Assembly (NCBI GenBank): GCA_973851085.1 | Contig: OZ316775.1 | Coordinates: forward strand, 17,918,001-17,982,000 | Direction: 5' to 3' | DNA length: 64,000 nucleotides | Source: Ptychomitrium polyphyllum | Lineage: Eukaryota | Shown: piece by piece, positions 1 to 13,206 of the stretch | Numbering within the stretch: the stretch's first letter is position 1 | How the letters are laid out: every line of letters begins with the position of its first letter | Made by a program: the position numbers and the translations under genes | The notes under the pieces: generated by a model | The model's database searches: none | Seen by the model: only the letters and a program-made list of their open reading frames with translations | What the model was told of the DNA's origin: nothing

Positions 1-671
1 CGCCGGTTTATTTGTCGCTTTGTAAGTAGTTACTAAAACTCATGTAGGTACTAGGCGACATGTGGAAGGCAAAACTCAATGCTAATCTATAGAACGGATG
101 TGTTGAAACATAAGAACAGACTTTACCCATCATATGCAATCCAATAGGGTTTAGTTCAGCAAGTCAATATCACATATTGAATACAACCTACAATTCAGCT
201 TTGTCTAATAATAAAACTATGAATGTCAAGACATAGCCTAGTACCAACACACCGAAGTGGTGAAATTTACAGTAATTGTATTTCTAATGACTTAAATCAA
301 TAACTCAACTGCCCTGATATTTTTTCAGAAAAACTGAGATATTTGCGTTGTCACTGTTTCCAGTCAAAAAGAGAACTTTAGCGCACAAAAACTATGGACT
401 CCAATCTTATGCCTGAAGGAATTTCGGTAACTAGAGTACAAGCTTGGAAGACAAATTACGAGTCAAATTCCCACCTCCATTGAAATCCATCATTTCTTTC
501 CCTTCCAAGAAGTTTTGTTCATCTGCAACAGAAATTTTTTATCCAAGTCAGACTTGAAAGAAGAGTACTTTTATTCAGAAACTTAAATTGTTTCGTGGCT
601 ACTTTCGTGACATTCTTTTAATCGACTCAGCACACCTGTCAGAGAAGGTGATTGTTGTGACAGTGCCTCAC

Positions 672-962
672 CTTCCCCTCGGCACCAGTAACTGCATTTA
701 GGTTTACAATGTCACCAGAAGCAGACTGCGATGAAGAATCTTTGGGCAGAACCATTGTTGGAGTAGCTGGTTTTCTAACGAACATGCAGCTTGCTTTCTC
801 CATTTCGGTGAACCGGCCCACAGAGGGTTGAGTTGTCATACCGTCCTGTGCCGGCTGCTGCGAGTCATTGTAAGAAGACGCGTGCTGCCACCCACCTTGG
901 CCATAACTGTCGTCTTTGATATTGGTGGCTGAGTAGCTACCTCCAGAAGACATAGCTCCTGC
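672..962 (-). CDS. Possible exon of an unidentified minus-strand gene
   Basis: Open frame of about 97 codons bounded by acceptor-like TTCATTGCAAG/CAG near 962 and a strong donor AAG|GTGAGG at 672; no recognisable domain. Confidence 0.3.
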
Positions 963-3900
963 TTGCAATGAACAAAGCACAATACGAGTTGGTAGAAACA
1001 GAGCATTAATTAACATGCTCCTGAAATTGATTCAGCAATTCTTCACGTTTGGGAAAGCATGAACAACGATGCAAGTCATCAAGAAAAGTTGGGCTTCTAC
1101 TGTCCTACAATCGTAGGGGGCTGATGGAGGAAGTCAAGGATCAATTTCTTCTCTCTTGATTTATACTTTAGTGTACAAAAGGTAGTTTCTCCTAAGGCTC
1201 TCCAGAAAGCATATAAATCCTTAGGGTTGTGAAGACTTTAAAGTCTACCAATACGCAAAAGATACTGATCATTCCGTGAGGAACTTGCAGCAAGCTTGTC
1301 CCGAAGAACACACGCTGCAAAGATGGTAGAAAATTGTGCTTGTACATGCTACAAGCATAATGACTAAAGCAGCCAAGTGTCCGTGCCGAAGCCACTGCCC
1401 ACACCATATAATCACCACCCCTTAGCTCAGAGCAGGAGTCCGATAACTGGAATGAGGAAAAACAAAAACAAAGAAAATTTAGAGCTTCCACGTCACGAGT
1501 GATCTATGTTGACGGCCAAGTGGGTTGAAATGTATTTGATGGCGATCCGTTTTGTGTTCTTTCAGTTTATATTTTTGGTTATCCAAATACGACGGTCGAA
1601 GAAAGAACCCAAGTGGATGAGACGAAACTGAACGCCATCTGATACTTTCGAACCCACTTGGCTGACATAGACTACTCACGTGAAAGCTACTAAATAAATA
1701 CTAAACGCTGGCCGAGACTATAAGTGCTTCCAAATGGGGCATGTGCTTTGAGTAGATCAGCATCAAATACAGCAGCTAAAAACGCCAATTCACGATAACG
1801 CTTCGCATACCCTGTTCAGCTAATGTGTAAGCCCAAAAGACAAGCCAAAACTTAGAAAACCGATATTGACGTGAAGTCGCAACAAACACCTCAAAACACA
1901 TGAGTGAATTGGGTTTTCGTACTTCTATTAATGCTGTGACAAAAGTAACAGAAAAGCTTCAACAAGTAGAAGACAAACGGTACTTCAAGCTCTAAAACGG
2001 CAGAATCCGGTGAGAATGCGAGGAATGTTACACATGAAAACAGTACCCAAGCTGCTGCACATCTTATTCTATCAATCAACTCGTTAGCAGCGCTTACAGA
2101 TTGTTCAATTGCCTAGATACTTGAATTTCTGTCGAGTGAAGCGGCCACTTAAGTACTGTTTTCTCACCTCAAACCACCTGGGTCTTGCAGATGAAAAAAC
2201 CACTTAACCCATTACAGTATGGACTACGTTGTAAGTTGGAAGCACACAGACACAACCCAGGTCACTCATGCACAGTCCAGATGGCTCCAACCACTTGAAC
2301 CAACCATTCCCACAAAAACCCCAATACTCAGACCTATGTGTTCACTATAGAAAAAATCTTCGGTAGCCATTACCAGATCAATAAATCTCATTCTGCAGAA
2401 CAATTGGCTAGAAATCAGGCCAAAACTAATAGTAGTATACTTCACCTGAGAATTGCACTGTAAACCGCAGAAAAGTGGAGCCTGGTGAATGATCTAAACG
2501 CTTCACAATTGATGAAGCATCACAAAAGTGCTTCAGCCAGCATCGGCCTGCTTGCTCTACTCCAAGTTGTGATGGAAGCAGGAAGGCCAAAGCTGGTTGG
2601 TGCATCTGCTCACCAATTGGGGCCTGAAGCTCACTATGTTCGCATCAACCGAGCCTGGGCCCATCCTAACGCCGGCAGCCCTCCCTACAGTCCAGCGCTA
2701 CTCGCTCCCCAGAGTCCCCACGACTGATGAGCTGCCATGTCTTGGTCTGGCAGCCACAGACTCACACTTCCAGCCCAACAGTAAGTTACCGTCACGGCCA
2801 ATTTCATATTCCAACTTTTCCCCTAGTAGCACATGATAACATACTTCAATGACCATTCTGACCACCCTCTCTGAAAGGATTATTCCATCACAGGTATAAC
2901 TCCACTGTCAAAACCTTGTTTCACGACAGATTGAAAGAACTCTGCCAAGTGACCAATTTACACTCATGCCTTCATGCATTTAATACCACATTCCCACATT
3001 TATTGTTGATTTTCTAATTTCTTAGGTAAGAGTGGTTTTCAGGAATGTTATGTAACTTCCTACTAGAAGTTCTCTTTTTTCATCCTGTAATAACTCCCTG
3101 CATAACTTTTTGTCACAAAGAATCATTTTTCAGGATTTCATGTTTTCGGAAAACCACATAGTATAATTTTATAAGCGTTTTTGGCTAACTTCCACATTGT
3201 TACTATTGGTTATTTACTTCATATTCTAAAATTTATCCAAACATACGGATGAATTTTGCACCCTAATTTGAGTTTAAAAACGATGCGTTGTAACAATGCA
3301 TACATGCATCCAAAAACGGTAAAACCATGTTTAGGATCTATATTACCAATGTACTCTATACTCACACTATAGGCTTGCAATTAACCAGGCTTTCTCGGAG
3401 TAAGAGACAAGATTTGAATTATATTCACTTAGATAAACGCAAAGGACAGATCATTCCCCTGGGTAAAAGATCCAATGCTTTTATACACCTAAAGTATACC
3501 ATGTTTCCTACTGCTGTATCAGCTATCAAAAATTATCAACAGTTACAAACCTTGGCTCCACCCTTCAATTCAATCTACAACAACGCGGGAATTCACGAAA
3601 AGATTCACAAGAGATTTACTCTATCTTGTGGCTTTAAATCAGCAGATATCTCGAACATCTCAAATACTACGCTCTAAAAACATCACTGCAGCAAGGAGAG
3701 AGTTTCCTTGGGGAACCAAGAGCACCTCACTTAGAAAAAATCTCTGGGTTCAATCCCAACACTACAACAATTACACGCCTTAGCCATGACGGTGAAAAAC
3801 GAGCCGACAACCAAAATTCAGTGTTTCCAGTAAACTTTGTGCACCTGTCATCTACAACTCTCAGTAACCGAATCCACTGCCTTGACCGGAAAAGCGTCTG

Positions 3901-4116
3901 AATGCAAATTTAATTTGTAGAGGTAAAAGCAATTAAGCTGGTCCCCACTAGGAATACTAAAGTATTGGCTGCAACATCTACAGGAATGAATTTATTCCAG
4001 CGGTTATGAAGAACAATTAGTTGATCGCTCGATTCCAAAGCCATGTCCATGTCAAAACCAGGGTCCCACCAACCCATATCCATGTCAAAAGTATATCACA
4101 AGAGCAAGGGTCCAAC

Positions 4117-7100
4117 CTATGGAGCTGTTAGGCGTTCTTTGAGAAGCGAAGCTACACGGGCACTGTCTACTGATACTGCTACTTTTACAGGGGTTATACC
4201 GCACCAAGCTGTTGGGTCATGCCACCTACAAGATCCGCCTCAATAAATTAGATAGTGGTAACCGAGATGATACAAGAATGTGAGTGGGAAGAAGCAACAG
4301 CAGAGTTCAGTGTATAAATCATTCTTCCAGCTGAGCTGTAACATTGTTTCTGGAAATTGCTATAATTGCTGATATAGGTCTATTGTAATAGGCGTATTGT
4401 AATAATCATAGGCAAAAGGTCAAAGGCCATAATTTAGTGTTGTTCGAGAAAACTAATACTAATTTTAATTCTCATGAAAAAATAAAAACAAACTTCAAAT
4501 GAGGAAATGGGAGGAACATTACACTTTATTGGTGTTGTTAAAGAGTGTAAGGCCTCGGCAGATGCCCTCTTGCTGAACTCTTACGGCCCCCGTAGCATAC
4601 GTCATTAGTGAGGGGTCCACAGCAGCCACCATCGTTGCCGGGTCGTGCAAGTAAATGGCTACAAATTCAATCGAAAATTAGCATTTAAAACTAATAAAGT
4701 TGTGAGGTGCCTCTTATGATATTATGATTTGCATTGAGGCATAAATCAAGCTAGGAGGACTCGATAATTTCACGCTTACCCTTGCAGAATTCATAATGAC
4801 TTTGAGATCTCAAGCCTTAGATGGTACATGAACTTAGGCCTCAGGTTCTTTTCCCATGGTTTTCTTCAGTTTGACTGTAGTGGAGTTTGTGGCACTAGAC
4901 ATGCTTTCCAACATTAGCCAGATCTATTGATACAAGTGAAACGTTGAAAGGTACAAGAGAATATTGATTTACCATCTATGTCATACGCTTCACGGTGATA
5001 TTTGGCATAGAAATGTGACGCCTTATATAAGTACTTGCCAAACTTGCTACTCGAACTTCCCAAGTCCTCCAGGTCTTTCCCTGCACGAAAATGAGAATAG
5101 CAGCATATGCAATTCTCAGTGCTCCACGTCCTCTATATCCAACAGATTACATTGTAGATACTCATCTCTGATTTCTGTTCGTAACTGGCAATATTGTAAG
5201 AATCAGACCAAATAATGATGATGCTTAGCATCATCATTATCAAGATTATTTGCTACACCTTCAAAACACCCGCTAGATTGTTATTGAGGAGTAGTATTCA
5301 CAGAGCACTGTTTGTGGCCACAAGAAATACAAAGGTATAAAAGAAAATTAATAAGAAAGTCTTCAAGACGCACCTGTCCAGTAGACTTGATGAGTGATGT
5401 TAATGCCAACAACTAAAATGTCAGCTCCGCATGTGAACACAATGTCCGCTGCTTCAGGGTCACCATATATCTGCACGGTATCCCACAACCCTCATGGAGT
5501 TAAATCTTTGGATGCGCGAGGTGTATTTCAACTCGTAATTACTATCTTACGGAACGAAGACCAGTGTCTAGCATATATTAGGCTTTATACTATACTCAAG
5601 CGCGAGAGTTTGGTGTTGTAAAGCCATATCCTCAGAAGTTTGCAGGAACACTCCACAGGTTTAATATGTTAAGTTGTGATGACTTGCATTTCCTTAGTCT
5701 CAGGTACCTTGCTATGCATCCAAATTGGTGACCAGTTATACCCAATACAACGATAAAATGGATAGGCATTAGAGCACCTTTTTAGGTGATAGACTGTCTT
5801 TATAGGAGAGCCAACATGATCTCTTCCCTCTAGAAGTAAACCAATACTCTCTCTTCCCTCTTTTACTTTGTAGCCAAAAAGAACGACGTGATAGGCATGC
5901 CCCAGAGCACATAAATAACACCAGAATCAGGAAATTGAATACTGAAATAATTAAATGAATAAAGGATTTACGTTTGCTTCAGCGGCAGGGTTTACGTTGC
6001 CGTTGACTTGAAAAGCGCCTCCCAAGATTATAATCTGGCCCGCCTTCTTAGCAAATGTTGGATCCATTTCCACTGCCTGCCGTCACGGATTCCCACATGT
6101 CCATAAGTCTAAATGTGTAGATTGAACGGTAAATAATCACCAATTGAAGATAGTTAGTTTGAAAAGTTAACGCGGTCCGTTAAAACTTGCACTAGGTTCC
6201 AAGTAGCTGATATCAGATATTCCTATTAGACGCTTCCAAACAAGTTCCTGAACATAATATTGATTGCTCGAAAATAATTCACAACAATCGTCATAACAGA
6301 TATATTTGGTTCGATGAAGGTTATAGTTGCTCTCCGAACGTTTAACTGACGCATCCGATGTTAATGAAAAGGTGGATCGCAAAATTTCAGTACTGGAAAA
6401 TTGTTCCTTATTTCCTCGTCATAGGTATTGCAAACATCAAGCGTCGACAACTTAGGGCCACCAAGATCATATAATCAGGCCCAAACTATCCGTTAAACCG
6501 TAAGAATTGCACACAATTCACATTAACTTCATAAACCCTAAGAGAAAAATCCTAACGTCCATCTTAACTAGGGCAAGGATTTGAAATATCGAAAGTAAAA
6601 TCTGCCCTAGGTTCATTCTGAAGTTCAATGAAATATAATCGTACATTTAGAATGCAAGATTCTTAAGCAGACTTTCTCGTAAACAAAGGAATACATCTAA
6701 ACTAAGACAAGGAGGCAGAGTAGAACACGTAAACCGAATACCTTTGCGAGGTTCGTCAGTGGACCCAGAGCCACGATGGTTATCTCCCCCGGAAATTCAT
6801 TGACCTTCTGTATCAAATAATCTGGTGCAAACGCATCGATAGGTTTCCTCTCTGAAAAAACCGGATAAGTATTGCCAAGCCCATCGGAGCCGTGCACGAA
6901 ATCAGCGATCCGGTCCTTCATACCCCCCTGCAATATCATTTTTCTCAATCAAATTACATCTTGAATAACCAGCAAGCCCATGACCGAGAAACAGTCATCT
7001 CAGTGACTATTCGAACGAGGCTATATGAGCCAATGGACGACACTGAAAAGGTAGGTTTATACCCGAAGAGATGTTCTGAATCCTTCAGAAACAGGTATGT

Positions 7101-8572
7101 CTTCCCGACCAGCGAATTCCAACTGGAAAACAATAAATAACCCACAAAATTAATTAGATCAGACCTATTTAAAGTGCCATTTCTCTTTTGAAGTTATTTC
7201 TTTAGCTATTTGTCAAAGTTCCCATATTTGATCAATACCTTAAGAGCTTTTTAGTCATCGTGGCTGCAATTGTAGGCACGATAAGTTGCACATATAGCAA
7301 ACAATCCTTTCCAGTGGCACGAACTGCACCACTGAGCATTATAAATAAAATGACCTATAATCTCACGTATTTCAGTGCAAGGTCCTGAACCAATAAAACC
7401 ATAGCTGCTCCCACCGAACTTGAATATGCGTGCATTCCTGCTAAATGGCACCACATCGCTCAATGAAGACAGACAGAAGGTCAAACAGACCCAGAAGCAC
7501 ACACTAGTTACATGCCTTCCATGCAGTAAGCATCAAAAACTGCCACCCTGATAATAAGGTTGAAACTGAGGATTACCAGATGGAGTGCATTGACAGTGGC
7601 TGTGGTTGTCTGCACGTTTCCGAAAATGGTGGTGAGAGCAATCACATCCAGCTCCGGAGATTTCAAGGCAAAAAATATCGCCATCGCATCATCTGCGCCA
7701 AATGCACGCACACGCACATATCGTATCAGGTCAACTGAGAAATAATTCACCGCCGTCCCTCAATGACCAAGCTATATGTGAATACAAAGACTCAATTACT
7801 ACAAGTCTCGTAACCGGTGTAAAACATCACGACCCACAGTAGCCACAAATGCAAGTAACAATAAACTCTAAATCCCTGAAGCCCTTGATCTCCCCTGTGC
7901 TCCATGCATACAACATGTCCTATCTCCAACCACGCAGTAAACTAAACAATTTAAATCCCAGCAAGCAGTGTTTCCCCAATTCAAAGCTCTGAAACGATCA
8001 ATCGCCCTACAGCACAAGCGGGACAAAGCCAAACCGCAGTGCACAATCAGGAACCAACCCAGATGAACCCAACGAAGTCAATGATCCACTGGAAGAATCA
8101 CGTCAGAATGCGATTCAGGAGAAAAGATCAAAAGCCATGAACAGCCAACATGCTAAAACTCACGAAAACCAAAAATGACAAAAAAGAATTTAAAAAGGCA
8201 GCACAGAACCTCAAACATGGCTAAAAAGAATCAAACAACAGGAGCAAGACATCATCATCAACGTCCATCTGATCTTTGCAAAAACGAAAAGAGCAAGCAT
8301 GGTGTCTCCACATAGCATTGAATTGTGGAGAATTAGAGTCCAATGCCGGGATCTGTGGAACTTCAACCATGGCCGAAAAGGAATTAAACAACAAGCCTCA
8401 CAAAATGACATCAAACCCAAAACTGAGCATGGTGTGGATGAAGCTCCACACAACACTCAATTGCAGTGAACCAAGGCCTACCAATGCCGGGATCCGTGTC
8501 GATGATGACTTTCTTCGGAACTGATGACTGCTTGGTGGTCTCCCCACCTCCATTCTCAGTCTGCACCGCCAT
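4117..8572 (-). CDS. NRH1: Nucleoside N-ribohydrolase (IU-NH family), subclass I purine/cytokinin-riboside type; 9 exons, about 335 aa
   Basis: Manually spliced exons, all GT-AG and in phase: 8572-8482, 7692-7577, 7122-7063, 6927-6742, 6076-5972, 5470-5374, 5080-4973, 4658-4523, 4225-4117 (1008 nt). Motifs: KKVIIDTDPGIDDAMAI (Ca-binding DxDxxxDD), TTIFGNV, VHGSDGLG, ALGPLTNLA, NPAAEANIYGDPEAA, YLHDP; ends KERLTAP*. FYAKYHREAYDID has the Tyr typical of subclass I; strongly resembles moss NRH1 as I recall it. Confidence 0.95.
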
Positions 8573-8818
8573 AGCTACTCACTCTCTGACACCTCCCACA
8601 AACCACGTCTTGCTCTGAAACGAAAAACTACCAAGCTACAATGGAGTGTGCGTCCGCTGGTCACGCCACGTCGCAACTTTGTGATGATTTGCGCCCAGCT
8701 TCGCATCATATGCACGCAACAGCACGCCATCGCTGCTCTTCTCTCTTCCAAGCTGCTCGTGTCTTCTCCTCCCCAACGACGACTTCATCCATCTCTAGAT
8801 CATCTTTTCATCTAAGGG

Positions 8819-9670
8819 ATGAGCTCACCGATCGTGGACGTGGAATTTTTTCTTTCATCAAATTTGGATGAAGAGTTGCTGGGCTGTTCATCCTTCGCGG
8901 GCAGTGGCTTGTGTTTGTTGCACAAAGCCGTAGAAAAGGATTTTGACTTTGGTTTGCCGAGGGTTTCAGTTCCTTGTGTGCTTGAGTTTCGGTGTTGTTG
9001 GTGCAGTAGTAATGCTGCTGAATCTCTGCGCAATGATGTGCAACCACAGCTGGTGGTTCGTGATATGGGGTTCGACTTCTACAAAATGATTGACCACTTC
9101 TAGAGTTTTGCAAGGAGGGAAAAAAACCATGAGAGAGAAGTAAGAGTGAGTGGCATAATGGGGGCTTTTCTCCCCCCTTACATGAGGTTTGGAAGGCCAC
9201 TGGCTCCAAAGGGCTGGGAGACACCTTGCCACGCAACTTATACATGGGGATGTATTTTGTCTCCTTTTCTCACAAATGAAAGCCTACAACCCATTGCCAC
9301 GCAGCAGAATGTTTTGAACCACAGCTTCAATTTACCTACACTAAAAACTGTATTCGGAAAAGTAAAACTTACTGCTGCGGTGGATAATAAAAGAGGTCTG
9401 AGCCCTCAAGGGCTTTGGCACCCTGGAGTTCATCCGTTCGCCTGGACGAGGATAAACACCGGACCAGAACATCATTCTTACATTTGGGGTGACAGGGCAT
9501 ATGCTTATCACTTGCCATGGATGAGATTCCACATAGACAGGGGCACCTGCATGACTGATTCTGTTGGGCAGGGGCTGACCAATAGGGACAAAAGTGTGGT
9601 GATGGAGTTCTATTGCTATATACAGTAACTTAGTGTTGGAGATTGGCACAAGCTGTGGGTTTCCAGATGA
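8819..9670 (+). pseudogene. Orphan intronless reading frame (about 280 codons) interrupted by two stops; product unknown
   Basis: ORFs 8819-9103 and 9146-9628 are in the same frame, joined by one TAG (9101-9103) and 14 sense codons; the frame continues 13 codons past TAA 9626-9628. GC-richer than the downstream flank. Confidence 0.45.
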
Positions 9671-10247
9671 ACATGAATCTCCCAAGAAGCACAAAAATAT
9701 TCACCACCCAAAGGAACCAGCTTTATCATGAATGGAATATAGTTTACAATAGTATGAATAAATATTTTATTGTTGAAAAGAGAAGAGGAAAATCGTATTG
9801 AATAATGAACATTTTGCAAACAATTGTATCTCTATTGTAGGTGATGTGAAATCCTAAATTGTTATTAGTGTGTATTTTCAATTGTATTAAAAACAACATT
9901 GAAGGACTCGATTTTATAAGATTTTAGTTATTGGAAATTCAAATTGATTCTTGCATCAATTGAAAGGAACAAATGATGTTTGGAATATCAAAGGCTACAT
10001 CTACCAAAGTTTTAATTTGAACATCACATTTTCAAAGTTTTTAGGGATACAAGCATTTCTTGTCCATATTTTTATTTGGAGGGAGTAGAAAAACAACACT
10101 ATTTGGAGTAACGGAAGTGGAGAGGAAGACAAAATGGGGAATTGCAAAGAAAGGAAACAAAGATATGGGAATGATTGAGAGGAATAGGAAGAGAAGAAAA
10201 TAAATGGAAATGTGGAAGTAAAGAGAAAAGGAATGAAATAATGAAGG

Positions 10248-10379
10248 AAAGAAAGATGGAATTGATGGTTGAAGAGGAAATGAAATGGAGTGGCAAGAGA
10301 GAAGAGAAAAGAAAGATGGAATTGATGGTTGAAGAGGAAATGAGATGGAGTGGCAAGAGAGAAGAGAAAAGAAAGATGG
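10248..10379. repeat. 60-bp tandem duplication (about 2.2 copies), purine-rich
   Basis: Lines starting at 10261 and 10321 are nearly identical (one internal A/G difference). Confidence 0.95.
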
Positions 10380-11106
10380 GCTTGGAATAGGGAAAATTAG
10401 TACTTTTTCTACTTTTAAGTTCTTTTTTATTTTTCCTTCATGCTCATCATTACCATATTTTATTTTATTTTTTACTATAATTCTAAATGTTTAATTTTAA
10501 AAAAATCTATTTATTACGTTTCAATTTTATGTTTATATATAAAACAAAATTTAGTCCCTTTCTATTTAGAATTTTGGTTTTGTTACATTCCAAATTTTCA
10601 AGTTTTCTATATTCCAATATTACAATGTTCTTTGATTTCAGACTTGCAATTTCTTGACTTGTATTTTTATTTTTGTTTTTATAGAATGGAAGTTAAACTT
10701 GCTACTGGTAAAATTTGATGATGTTAGTTATAACATTGCAAAGATGTGTATAATTGTATTCTTTGTGATTCCTTAAAATGAATTTATATATGTATTGAAT
10801 TATGGATTTTTTAAGAATAAGTTTAGAACAATTAATTGTCATGTTCTTAAAACATTACCTTTTAATCATAGTAATAATGTTGTATATTATAAATTTTATA
10901 AGTTTTCACCTTTTACCTTTGTAAATCTTAAAAAATATAAAATATTCATTAAAGAAATTATTATATCTATAAAATGCTAATAAATGTTTATAAACGGTTA
11001 AAATGCATTTTTAGTGTAATGTGTATAGAAGATGATTAAATAAACACACATTTGATATTTATACGACTATTGTATTGTCGTAACATTCAAACAGCTTTAT
11101 AATTAC

Positions 11107-11110
<4 letters not shown>

Positions 11111-11170
<60 letters not shown>
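11111..11170. repeat. (AT)n microsatellite
   Basis: About 60 bp of near-pure AT dinucleotide. Confidence 0.95.
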
Positions 11171-11180
<10 letters not shown>

Positions 11181-13176
11181 TATTATTTTTTTTATTTTTA
11201 TGTATACAAATATAGTGAATTCTTTCTTTTAACATTATTACATAATTCAAAATTTATATGTAATATATTTTTAAATTTTAGATATCTTGATAGTGTTCTA
11301 TTATAAATATATATGATAAATACATGATCTTCATTTATTTTAGATTGCATATATTCATTTTGACTATTATAAATTGACGATAATTATAAGTCAAAAAAAT
11401 ACTTCATAAATTTTTATAGTGTATTATACATTTTTATTGTATTTTGAACAACAAGTTAAAGTCTTAATTAATTATTGAATACTTTCTTTTTCCAAAAAAT
11501 ACAATTTTCTTATAAAAATTTATGAACATTGATAACATCTATTTGATGAATATGATGCTTTCAACTAAATATAAAATTATGCAGAATCTATGCTATTTTA
11601 AATTTAATAATCATAAAACCAATAAATATTTCATATCATATAGTAATGTTTGTAAATTGGAAATGTTATGTTATAAAAGCAATATTTGATGCACAACTTA
11701 TTAAAACGAATTTTTTTAATAATAAGAATAAATTAATAAAAATTTGTGTTTGCATATATGTGTAATATTTATATATATTTGTATGCATACCTATATACAT
11801 TTCATGTAATGTTCTAAATACAGATTAGTTGTTCATCAGTATATGTTTATTTCATATGCCTTGAATAAACATATTCACGTATTTGGGTTCTGTAGACTAA
11901 TATATCATTATCATTATTATTATTTTTGTGATTTAAACTTCATGCGAAATACACCTAAAAAAATTCAGGTAAAAGGATACTTCTACAAATTGCCAAACTA
12001 CTCTTATGGTGATTGTTTAGTTTTTTTGAATTGTTGTTTCAAGTGCAAAAAGTTGGATAAAATAATGGAGCCTTCATTTCCTCTATATTTTAAGAATAAG
12101 GTTGGTTTTACATTGAATGTAGTGGCAATTACCATGTGAAGCTTGCCTGTGTGCTTGCTTATCTTTTCTTAAAATTTGTTCTGGGAACTTTTATCAATCG
12201 ATATACAAGTCACTCAAAGAGCCTCTACAGGCAAAGAGTAGTTGGTGCTACTTCTATAATTGATCCTCAATAAATATTAGGCCCCTTGCTTGGAAACTCC
12301 AAGTTTTAACTTCTCAATCTGCCAACATTCAAAAAAAGAAGCAAAAAGATAATTAATTAATACGAAAAAAATATTTAAAAATGGGTAAAAATCAATTCAA
12401 AATTTATGCAAGATATTTATAATCGAAAAACACATTTATAAAAAATTTAGATTAGAAACATAAATGTAATCCAAAAATATAAATTATTCATACATGTTCA
12501 AAAAAGTATGATTTAACACATTTTATTTTGTTCATTAATATCAATATGATTGAGTGTAGAGCGTTATTCATGAACTGACGTATACGAAGGGTGGTTCCAC
12601 AAAAAAGGAGCATAAAGGAGTCAAATTCCATCAACAATCGACGTTCAACATGTTATAACTAAGAAGACTGGGGAACACAAAACCGTTACACAATTACAAT
12701 GTGATAGTATATAATGGTGTAACAGTTATGGAGTGCAGACTGTAATATGATGAAGCCCGCCTTTGATGAGGGAAGCTCGTGCACCGAGAAAGACAATATT
12801 GTGAGCACAGTAGGAAAGACAAGATTGCAGCCAAGAACACTGCAGCATTGTGATAAGAACATGCTGTGGTGTATTCCAGCGAAGACTCTTCTGCAGAGTC
12901 TGATGGTCTGCCGCCCCAGAAGTCCTGCCCCAGTCCAACCCAGTGGCGCACTGTCCAGCGCCAGAGGGAATTTTGTTCAGTAAACTCATGTTTATGCGTT
13001 TCCACTGGAAGCAACATTGCTCCTGGGACCCCGATGGGACTCCAGACCACATCAGAAGCATACCATCCCAAGAAAACAGAACGCCTTCACCTGTCATGGA
13101 TCATACCAGTCCCTTCGCAATTCTTATCTGTCATAGCATCCTGAAACACCTGAAGCAACTGACTCTACTCTGACAC

Positions 13177-13206
13177 CTCCATCTCCATCTCCATCTCCAT
13201 CTCCAT
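13177..13206. repeat. (CTCCAT)5 hexamer repeat
   Basis: Five perfect copies read directly. Confidence 0.9.

Noticed and set aside
10097..11016. CACTA...TAGTG ends suggesting a CACTA element
   Set aside because: Complementarity stops after 5 bp and the 3-bp flanks (CAA/TAA) differ.
13162..13180. 13-nt match (CTCTGACACCTCC) to the NRH1 5' UTR near 8585
   Set aside because: Does not extend convincingly; plausible by chance in 64 kb.
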